Shown: positions 25,544 through 36,823 of the stretch, in pieces | How the letters are laid out: every line of letters starts with the position of its first letter | Numbering within the stretch: position 1 is the first letter of the stretch | Source: Adineta vaga | Taxonomy: Eukaryota; Animalia; Rotifera | Direction of reading: 5' to 3' | Length of the DNA: 64,000 nucleotides | Assembly: GCA_021613535.1 (NCBI GenBank) | Contig: CP075495.1 | Coordinates: 11,842,001 to 11,906,000, forward strand | The notes under the pieces: generated by a model | Told to the model about the DNA's origin: nothing | The model's database searches: none | Seen by the model: the letters and a program-made list of their open reading frames with translations, nothing else | Program-made: the position numbers and the translations under genes

Positions 25544-27588
25544 TAACAAAAATGAGAAATTTTACGATCTTTTATCACACTGTGTGAAGCCCTTTACACT
25601 TCTCTTCCATGCTGCTACAAAAAATGCTTATCCTTCTTTCTTCTATTATAACGAATTGTTGCCAAGCTAGATAGTATTTTCGTCGATTAATAATGCACAC
25701 AAATTTAATCCTTCTTCAAAAGATTCTTATTTTGAACAGTATGTCTATGTGTATGTTCATATATAAATATTTCTTTGTCTTTTTTTTTTCTTCATGCCAA
25801 TTTAATATGTAATATTACGAATGATGAGCATACTGTTTCTCTTTTCTTCTTCTTCTTCTTCTTCTTCTTCAAACAAATAGAGAATAACATATCGCTGACG
25901 GATGAATGTGTTTTTTTTAAATGTATGTTGAATGTCAGTAATTTTGTCACATTTATTTATAAAAAGCAAAGAGAAATATTTCAAACCTAATCTCATTCTT
26001 TTTATTTAATCAAATATGAAAAACGAAAAGTTATTTGATATAATTAATTGATAAAAAAATCACGGACGAGCCACTTCATATGGTAGGATGTTGATAAGTA
26101 TTTTGATTAGATCAGCAGAGATAATTTAATTATTCATATTATTGTTTTTTCTTTCTCGTCGTTTTTTTTGTGTATGCAATGAAAAACTAGTATCTTACAG
26201 ATGAATTATTCTTTAGATAAACATTAGGTAGTCGATAAGAAGGTTTGCTTCTTTTTTTCTTGAAAAATTTTCTTAAGTGTAGAAGAAAAGGTAATAAATA
26301 TTTTATAATGTCGAAGATACGATTGAAATAAGAAAGAAGTTTTAAACATACGATACTAATGGATTCTATGCTTGAAATATAAATAGTACGAGTATGTTGC
26401 TTATATATACTAATAAGACAAGAGAAAAATATGTGGAGAATGTCAAGCAATATTCTGATAAATATCGATGCCTTTAACTAGAGATATGCCTGACGAAAGA
26501 GAACGTTTGTTGATATACAAAAACTAATTGTATGTCAATAAGTCGTCAAGATCAAGTTTACACTATTCTTTTTAGAATCATTTTTATTTAAAAAAAAATG
26601 AATATTTAATAGATTACGCACAATAAAATAATGCTCGTATTCAAAACGTAAAGATTCACAATACTCAAAATAGATTATGTTACAGTTTCTTGACAGTATA
26701 AGAAGGTAGATCAATTGATTTCAATGCAATTGAAGTTGCCTCCACATTTTCTCGTCATATTATTGGAAAAATCGATCGATCATAATGAAAAGGAAAATGC
26801 ACGGGAACAATCTCTTGAGAACTTCTTTTCAATAGGGATTCATCGCACAATTATTATGCTGGTATAAAAATCATGAAGAAAAAATATAGAGCTATTTTTA
26901 ACAAATAAACACTTAATTATCTTTTAGAAATATATTTTGAATTCGAACATCTGCAAGAAATCAAGAATAAGAGAATCACACATAGATGAAAATGTATGTT
27001 GATTAGGAACTATATTGAAATGAAACAAATATTAATGATGACTTGCTCATTCAAGCATATTTCGAATTTCTTATTGTTTTGTTCATAAAAGAGATGATAA
27101 TAAAAGAACATACGTGTAATCATAAATGCTAATGATTACTTCTTAATTGAAGAGATCTAAAGACTAATATCATTTTCATCTAATTGAGAAAATCTTTATT
27201 TAGAAAAAGAAATTGAACTCAAAGGATCGAAATGTCAATGGTATCAAATCTAGAATTACTAACTGAGAATAGAATCATTTTATCATCGAATTAAAACTTT
27301 ACATGAAACTTAATAATCACATTCAACGTGTTCAGGATATTTCCGTTTCTTTCATAATAAGATAATACATCAGATTTTCATTTGTGAATAAATCAATTAA
27401 CTTTTCGATTTCGAAATTGATTTAAATTAAAATGAGATTAATCGATTATTGATCTGTTCAGTCATGTAAAATCGTTTTTCTATACAAAAATTTTATTCCA
27501 CTTTTTTTTCTCTCAAGATTTATCAAAAACAAAAGCAACAATAATCACTGTTAAAAACAACCGATTCGTGGTTATTTACATAAAAAGA

Positions 27589-28104
27589 TTAATAAGGAAG
27601 AATATCAAGTGTATGATAATATGGAGGTAGCGGAGAAATTGTTGAGTAATGACGTTCTTCAGAATAAGGAAGATAGATTATATTACTGGGATTTGTTGAA
27701 TAGGTTGTTGCGGATGTATTAATAGATTCAACATAAAAACCGGTATGTCCAGATGTTATAGATTCATATGATTGACTAGTATTCATTGATAACGTATTTG
27801 ATGCTGTAATCGATATTGGTACAGATGATAATTTGGAATTATGATGATCTGAAGTAAATCGAGGTTTTCGTCTACGATGAAATTTTATCATGATGAATAC
27901 AAGGATTAATAGAAGAATTATGGTTAGAATAATACAGCTGAACATAATCGAGCGCGAATTAATCAATTGTTGTTTTTGTTGACGTTGACGTTGTTGGATT
28001 GACGAACAACTTAAGCGAAAGAGTAATTTTGTATCAAAAATATCTGATGAAAGCATTGGCGGAGGTGGTAATGTAAAACGTGGTGGTGGTGGAAGACGAA
28101 ACAT
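27589..28104 (-). CDS. Orphan single-pass membrane protein with proline-rich N-terminus and C-terminal PPxY
   Basis: 171-aa intronless ORF. LPPPP twice, one strong TM (IMFSCIILTIILLLILVFIMI) followed by KFHRRRK, and a Ser/Thr/Tyr-rich tail ending LPPYYHTL. Confidence 0.7.
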   Translation of the reverse strand: MFRLPPPPRFTLPPPPMLSSDIFDTKLLFRLSCSSIQQRQRQQKQQLINSRSIMFSCIILTIILLLILVFIMIKFHRRRKPRFTSDHHNSKLSSVPISITASNTLSMNTSQSYESITSGHTGFYVESINTSATTYSTNPSNIIYLPYSEERHYSTISPLPPYYHTLDILPY

Positions 28105-29640
28105 TATTGAATATGTATTAAAATTTTAAAGCGATATACACGATATATATGCGTCTATTTCAAGGCAATATATTTCACTGATATACTATCTAGAAAAAGA
28201 AAGAGAGAAGGAGAGAATGATCTATTTATTAGACGCTGCTCATTGATTACAGTCCGTTAAATTGTTAGCTTTGCCTGTTTATCGATGATATGTGTCGTCA
28301 ACATTGTACATACATATCTACGTCATCTTCGTCCGGAACCGATTATACGGTAAACAACAGCTTAAATTGATAAGGAAGAAATTATAATGAACATATTTAG
28401 CTTCATATAATGTGTAGATAGTGATGAGTGAAAGACGATTAATTGATATTGACCGTAAACTATGCACGAACGCGTGTTTAAAATTCGATCGAATGATAGC
28501 GTTGTGAATATAACTTTTTTTTAATAAAGATTTCAAGAGAAGAAAGATATGTTACCTCTTTTTTTGTGAATTAGAGAAAACGTAATCTATCTACAAATAT
28601 ATATTCGTTTGAAATGTCGTCTGCTCTCTCTTTTTTCATCTTTTAATAGTCTTTTATACGTTAATTTGATTCAAACTGTCGGAAACAAACAAAGACATTG
28701 TTATCCAAGTTGCAATTAATTGAATTCATCTTTTTCGTCTTGTTATTGTTGTATAGTTCTTCTAGACATGTGATAATCTATATTCTCTTCAATAAGTTAT
28801 TTCAGTTGATTGGTTTACACACACGTGTACATTAAAAATACGTATATTCTTTATGATCTTTTAATTGATCATTTGTCAATGAGAGAAACTATAGAAGAGA
28901 TATTAGCTGATTGTTGAAATAATATTTAGAAATTTGGTGAAGTAAACGGATAAGTTACTGGAATATTTATACATTGTAAAACTATATCATTGACTCGATT
29001 GTAAAATTAAAAAACTTATGTGTTTTAATTCAAACGTGATGTACAAGATTAACTAGTTTTTCTGTTGATAGTCTGTGTTGATAGTTCTGAAGAATTTCAT
29101 AGAAAGGAATAAATAATCGTGAACTGCTGTGATTCGTCTATCACGATCAACCAATAAATCGAGAGATGCATGAGTAACAGCTGATGTCTTTCTATATACC
29201 TTATTTCGATCATCTTTTTTTTGTTGTTGTTATCATTGAATTTGTCCTTAATGACTCAAGTAGATAGATTTTTTTCCAATATCTATACTATTTAAAAAAA
29301 TTCAAACTTTTCTATATATATTTTGTCAATAACTTCTTTTGAAATATGCGACCTCTGTTATCTAAATGTTTGTTTATTTCAAACTATATCGTAATCGTAA
29401 CATTTAGTTCAATACTATCTATACAACAATCATTTTATCACTTGTAGATATTATAAGATCCAAATCTGTTTTCTTCGCACATCTCTTTCGTCTTTCATCG
29501 TTGAATTACAAATACAAATTAAAACCTTCAAATACAAGTTATCTCTACTGGCCAAATTCTATCATCAAATAGCAGAAAAAACACATCTTATATCATTCTA
29601 GTTTGATTCTCTATTTATCAATAGACTTCTCCTAACATCA

Positions 29641-32600
29641 ATGAACAATATAAATAGTGTCGAAGAAAGTACTTCAATTAAATCTCAACGAGAATTGGGT
29701 ATTATTGAAAAACTTTGTCCAACTTATGGCTTTGTCTATTGTTGTCATCGTGATGGTCGTTATTTTTTTCACTTCAGTGAATACAAAAACGATATTCAAC
29801 AAGCAAAGATCGGAGGTTATTGAATAGTTTATTAATTAAATTTTCATTTGTTTGAAAATAAAAACTTGTTTACAGATGTGGTAGAATTTGAAACAATCAT
29901 TGATAAACGAAAGCAGAAACCTGTTGCTGTGAATATTACACCAGCTAGTCCAGAAATTGTTGGTGAAAATCGTGTTGAAGGAACGATTGCTGTTGTTGCC
30001 CGACAAACACAAAACAATGGCGTAGATGTTTTGAAATTTAATTTTTCATATGTAATATTTATCTTTTAGTTTGATCATTTAAATTTCATGCCCGATGGCA
30101 AAGTTACATATGTGAAGAAAGGTGAAACTTACTTTCTACCATACGGTCCATCTGATCTACAAGATTCAACAAAATCAGTTAATGTTGGAGATCAAGTAAG
30201 TGAAAAGAAAAGTATCATCTTTCAGATAGTCATTTTCTTGTTCTATATTTAGGTAACATTCAATGTTAGTCAAGATCGTCGTACAAATCAATTTTTTGCA
30301 AGAAACATTGTTGTTATGGAAAAAAGTGCACCGGCCGTATCGACAGCAAAACGTTTTCGTGGTGTAATATCAACCATGAAAGATAGTTTTGGTTTCATCG
30401 AACGAGAAGATGCATTGAAAGAAATCTTTTTTCACATCACCGAATTTGGTCCTGATATAGCTGCAAATGTCGTTCAACTAGGTGTGGAGGTTGAATTTGA
30501 TATTCAAAATCGACATGTAAGAAAAGTCAATACAAATGCTTTTATAGAAAAAAGATCTTTATTAATTCATGATTTAGAATAAAGATGTAGCTAGTAATAT
30601 TGTTATTCTACCAAAAGGTACAGTACAATTTGATGAAATTGATAAAACACCGTATATTGGTCGTATAACACAACCATTACAAATGAAAACAAAGAAATCA
30701 GGTGATATTTTAACTGGCCGTTTACTTTATGATACATCTGACAAGTAAATTAATTTGTTGTCTATACATATATATATATATATACGCATATACAAATTTT
30801 TTGAATTATGTAGAAAAATGGCTGAATTATCATTTGGTGAACGAGATCGTTGTGGTTTATATACTTTACTTGAAAATGATATTGTTCAATTTGTTATTGC
30901 AAAAGATAAACGTGATGGTATGACACGTGCAACACAAATTTCTTTACTTGATCAAAGTTTTCTTAAAACAAAAGAACATCGAGAAATAGTAAAATATTCA
31001 TTTATGTAAAGAAGAAAATCATTTTTGCTTTTGAATATTTATTTTAGGGTACTGTTCTACAATTAGATAATGAAATAGGCGGTTGTATTCAATGTATTAC
31101 ATCGGATCAAATCGTTCCGTTTCGATGTAGTGAAGTTATGAAAGATGATTTTCAAATAAGTGAAGGTGATCCATTGGAATTCTCTCTAGCCATCAATTCA
31201 AATAATGGAGTTTGTTGATAATGAAAATCTATTTTATTCTTTTCTATGAATTCTTTGTTTTTCTTCTTTTCATTTATTAGAATGTACCACATGCCATACG
31301 AATAAAATTATTAACAAAAGATAATTTTCGATCGATGATCAATAGTCATGATTTTCGAATTACAGGCATTGTTGAACGTGATCCACAAGATGGACATACA
31401 AGTACAGAAAGTAAAGCTCAACAAACGAATGGAAATGATTCAATCAGTATTCCTACATGTCGTCAATCTGAACCAGGTATTATTCGATATATTTGGGATG
31501 ATAAAGAAGCAATTATTCAATTTTCAACAACGAATATTAGTAATACATCAGCATTGTATTGCGGTGATAAGGTAAGTTAAAAATGTTTTTATATTTTCAA
31601 AAGATCTTTACAACAATTAAGATTAATGATAGTTTCTCGAACTTTTCCTAAATATCTAAGATAATATGAATATAAACCGAGCATCAATAATTATGAATTT
31701 GTTTTTGTTTTAGGTTGAATTCACTTTAATACCAGGTAATAAATTAGCTACAAATGTGATGTTGATTGAACGAAATCGTCTACGTGGTTGCATTGCAATA
31801 ATTCGTGAAGGAAAAGGATTTATCGAAGAAAATAAATTATCAGGCAATATTGAACCAATTGTATTTACAATAAATTCCTTTACCGGTGATAATATACAAA
31901 TTGAATTAGGAGATGAAGTTGAATTTAGTATACGAAAAATTTCAAATCGTTTCATTGCAGAAAATATTCTTAAAGTACCTTCGACAATCAATAATTTCTA
32001 TGTAAGTTTTCTTTCTTATCAAATTAAACATAACTATCGAATAATATTTTCTTTTTTGTTTCCATTAGTCTATTCTACCAACAACTTATCGTGGTCGTGT
32101 TGTATCACCTGTACGATTAATTAATAATGATGAATGTGAAGTACTTGGACGAATTCAAAAAATAACAGATGATGGTACACCAGGTGAATGTTATACATAT
32201 AGTATGACTGGTGTGAAAAATAAACGAGTGATTTTATTACCAAATGATTCAGTAACATTTTGTATTGCTGTTGGACGTGATTATTCCAAACGTGCAGTGA
32301 ATATTATTTTAGAAAATGAAATACGTAAAGGAAAGATCGATACAGTTAAAGGACAAGTAAAAAAAACGAGAATTGAATGAATTTTCAGATAGAAGAAAGA
32401 GAAATTTTTGATTTTGTTTTTTTAGTTTGGTTTTATTGATTTTCCATGCGAAGAAAATAAGAAGATATTTTTTCATAATTCAGAAGTTGATGCAGGATTT
32501 GACTTACGACCCGGTGATGAAGTTGAATTTTATGCACAATATAATGTTAAAACAGGTAAACCATGTGCAAGCAAATTACGTCGAGTAAAGTAAGTTTATC

Positions 32601-32820
32601 TTACGGAAAACTAAACATAGATATTGACTTTGCTTGATTTATTTCTAGCAATCTTCAACGACCTGATCGATTGATTACGAAACTTAAAACAATCAATTTC
32701 GATGAAAATACTCGTCAAAAATTAGTTATTGTTCGACAACCACGCAATGCTGATGAAAAATCAAAAGGTTTTACCAATGCACGTATTGAACGTGCACCTG
32801 GAGTCTTAATAAAATCATAA
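29641..32820 (+). CDS. CSDE1: Cold shock domain-containing E1 / UNR (multi-exon)
   Basis: Repeated CSDs (GIIEKL..YGFV...FFHFSE; GVISTMKDSFGFIER...EIFFH; GKIDTVKGQFGFI...IFFH) and C-terminal SUZ-C motif IVRQPRNADEKSKGF. Confidence 0.93.
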
Positions 32821-33230
32821 AACAAACTACATTCAAAATCTGCATATATTTCTACGTATACATACTAAATGAATCTCATTTTTTCGATGACATATAAGCA
32901 ATAGATAAAACTAATCAACAAAATGTTGTTTTTAGTCTTGTTGTAAAATGAACATTTTGCTTTTTTGTCGTTTATCGTTCTTTTTCTTCTTTGCCTCTGG
33001 TTAATTGATCTTGTATGGAATTCATGTCATCATATGTTTTATTTTTTCAACAGTAATCGTTGTTCATCCGCTTGTATTCTTGTTTTCTTTTGTTCATATT
33101 GGAGAAGAATAAGAAGAAGACAGATAAGAATTTATGAGATGATATATATATATAAATATATATTTCTATTTTGTATTTACAATAACAACAAAAGATCAAT
33201 TGTAGAGATAGACGAAAACAAACTATATAT

Positions 33231-33623
33231 ATGTGGTCATCTTTAGTTGCACGACGATTTATTGGAAAAAATTCTTTCTGTAGATTAAGAATGGCATCTA
33301 CTGCATCGATTACACCAAAACTTCATATTTTACACTATGATTATGTATCAAATGTGGTGGAGAAACGTAAACCATATCGTGAAGCTCATTTGAATTTTAT
33401 TGGTAAACAAGTTGAGAATGGAAATGTTATTTTAGGTGGTGCTACTGGTAATCCACCATCGGAAGCTTTACTTATCTTTCGTAATTTATCATTAAAAGAA
33501 ATCGAACAACTTGCTCAACAAGATCCATATGTTATCAATGGTATTGTTACAAAATATTCCGTAAAACCATATATGGCTGTTGTTGGTGATGATTTATTAA
33601 AGAATGATCTTATCAAAGTTTAA
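33231..33623 (+). CDS. YciI/YCII-domain protein with a putative mitochondrial presequence, intronless
   Basis: LHYDYV...EKRKPYREAHL...ILGGA...ALLIF...DPYVINGIV matches the YCII signature (R-x3-R-x2-H, GGA, DPY). Confidence 0.85.
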   Translation: MWSSLVARRFIGKNSFCRLRMASTASITPKLHILHYDYVSNVVEKRKPYREAHLNFIGKQVENGNVILGGATGNPPSEALLIFRNLSLKEIEQLAQQDPYVINGIVTKYSVKPYMAVVGDDLLKNDLIKV

Positions 33624-33794
33624 TGTAGATTGATGATCATTCTTAAAAGACAGAAAACAAAAAATGATTTTGAAATATATTTATATGTATGAACATTAGA
33701 AACAGAACAGATTGAAAGACACAAAAACTAATTATTATGAGAATAAAACTCACGAAACATTTGTAAGATTTTTTTTTTTGTCAATATACAATTC

Positions 33795-35643
33795 TTATGA
33801 TTTAATTAGAGAAATGGAAGAAGAAGAAGAAAGCATAGACAAGTTAGTCACTCCAAGTTTAATTGTAATTGGCATAAGACATTGTTCAGTTCGAATAACA
33901 GTATGAAATAATGTGCATATGCAATAAAAATGTAAATAAACAGCAACTATTACTGCTACATGTAATATATGATGACTTTGTCCAACAATATCAAAACGAC
34001 CTTTAATTATTAGAAAATAAAATATTTACTAAATCATTTTTTCTTTTGAAAAAAAATTACCTGGAAAAAATCGTTCGGGTACACGAACTGCATAAGCTAC
34101 ACCACCACCAATATATGTAACAGCCATAATAATAAGATAGAGAAAACCCATTTGAAACATACGTGCAAAACCATGAAGAATGCATGCATGAACGGCGGGT
34201 GCAACACCTAAATATCAAATCATTTTGAAAGAATAGAAATTCAAAAGTATTTTCATCTACCATAAAGACCCAGAGCAATAAATAGAATGGCTTTAAATGG
34301 ACGACAATGTGGTTTTGAACATGTAGCACTACTTGTGCCAATCATGGATGCAAGTGATAGAATAAGTAAAATACTAATATAGATTGTTTTAAGTTTAAAA
34401 TAACAATAGAAATAATAATGAATAACTGGAATCATTGAACCAAAGATTAAAATATTAATACCTAGAGAAAAATATTGAGACTACATAGATATATAAATCA
34501 AACCATTAGTGATAAGTATATGGCAAGGTCGATACAAAAAGTAATTCCTATTCTCGCAGAACAAGATTTAATAATAACAAAGTTAATAAAAAGCATCTGT
34601 CTAGTTGACTGAATTCGTAAATTGATGGAGACACTAAATCAAATTGACGCGGATAGAAATTGTCATTTTTACCCTACAGTCTTTTCTTATCTACTACATT
34701 ATTTATATTATGCATTCGTATTGATAGTATATTTTACTTAAATAAAACTGTTCTTTCTTACCCATATAATCAAGTTTGGAAACAGTAACCATGACACGTG
34801 GTGAATAATTAATAAATACATGTAATAAAGTCGAAAATGTTAAACATAATATAGCAGAAATGAAAAACATACTAAATGATATATAATCACTTAAATCCAT
34901 TTGTCGATGATTATCAATTAGAAATAGAACATAGGTAACTGCAACACATAATGCACCAATTAAATGTGTCCAAATATTAACTGTTTCACTATGTATTGAT
35001 GCAATTGATATGAGACATTCTCGAACGGAATTCGCTGGTGGTCGATGTTTTTGTAATAAAAAATGATTATCACCAAGCCATTCTATATGAATTTGAGAAA
35101 AGAAAGAAAAAAAAATAAGATAATTAATATTAGTTTTATTATTGACAAAAGATATTTTGTAAACAGATCACACTGATCTATAGAAACTCTTTTCCTATCA
35201 GACGTAAATAAACAAAAGAAAGATCATGACATTTTCTCAATATGTTCTGTCGCAGTTTTTTTTTAATCTATATATATATATGACCTTTAAGATGAAATTT
35301 CAAATTCATTCGTGAAATACAAACCTGGTAAACCCCAATGTGCTATATATCGTCGACGTAGAACATTATCAGCAGAAATATTATTATCTGGAAGATTTCC
35401 TAATGGTCCCCGTTCGTATTGATCAATTGGTTCGATATTATAATGAACGGAACGATTTTCTTGCATAGGTCTTTTTAAGAATGAAAAATCTTGATTTGGC
35501 GATGTCATTGTTGTTGTATAACGATTATTATAATTTTCATCATTAGTATCATCATCGTCATCATCTTTATAATGTTTTTTTTCTTGATGTCCTCGTTCAA
35601 TTTCAGTTTTTACTGCTTGAATTTTTTCAATTGGTATTGGCAT
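33795..35643 (-). CDS. Adiponectin receptor-like PAQR protein (5 exons)
   Basis: LPEWLGDNHFLLQKHRPP, IHSETVNIWTH, FSTLLH, KLDYMG, RVPERFFPGRFDIVGQSHHILH. Zn-ligand His positions are retained. Confidence 0.92.
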
Positions 35644-36823
35644 TGTTTGATTTCGAAAGATCTATCTGACAAGAAGTAAATCAATCGTGAATAACGAATA
35701 TATATATATATCAATGAGAATCAGAAAAAGACTTCTTGTTTGTGTCACCAAAAGAAGAACAAAAAAAAATAGAACTTGTGTGTACTGTGCTCAGCTGAGA
35801 TAAACATATACATTGGCAAAAGATGCAAACCAATGAAAATGTGTAGACGACATGACGATAGAGTTCGATATCCTAGACAACAACAAGGCATGCCTAACGA
35901 CAAAAATGATTTGTCATAAATAATATTTATCCATTCATTCTTTAAAAGTTGTAAATCGATTATTTGTATGAAAAAAAAAACGAATCATTGTGTTAAATGA
36001 AAAATTATTTGTTCAATTGATTTGCATAACAAACCATATTGAGTTCTTCAAAAACTAATTCATTTTAAGTATTAATGTTGAATAAGAATGTAATATGATC
36101 AGTAAAATAGATATTTGATACATATTGTTCGATAAATGAAATTCATCCGAATGTTTTTCTTTTTCTTTTTAATAATTTACATTTGTTTTTCCTTCTAACG
36201 TTGTTTTTTTTTGTAGATATAAAATAAATTAGCAAATAATTTATTTATTATTCATGATTACTTCCAACGATTCGATCATATTGTCGAAGAAGCGAATGAT
36301 CAAATAAAAAGATGTTCTCTAGTCGTACATATTATTGTATATTGATAATACATGTAACGCTTGTTTCCATTAGATATTTCCAAAGGCTGAAGTTGACATT
36401 CATAAAATCTAGATAAGAGAAGCATATTTGTTTGTTATTTTCATAATTTATTAATGAATACATATACATACAGAAAAAAAATGACAAATACTTAGTGTTA
36501 TTTTGCGACTGCTATGCATATGTCTTTCGTAGATCTCATTCTCTGTTTCTGAATCTTGTTGACGTCTAGCAGAAAATATGTCGTTCTTTGCGTCTCTATA
36601 TTTGACGTCATTTGCTGTACAATGCAACTTTGTTGTTATTGAAGTAATCTAACCCATTGCCTATCTATTTTTTCTAGATATTTTATGTAGTTTATTATGA
36701 TTATTGGTTTCATCTCTCTCTTGTCCCATTCTTGTATTTTAACCATCTGTGCCTGTTTATGAATTTCGATAGTTGGTTCGTCGATTATTCATTATTATTA
36801 TTATTATTTCCGAAGAATCATTG

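Noticed and set aside
20265-35643. Acid ceramidase plus AdipoR/PAQR as a ceramide-metabolism cluster
   Set aside because: They are about 12 kb apart, on opposite strands, with unrelated genes between. Chance is sufficient.
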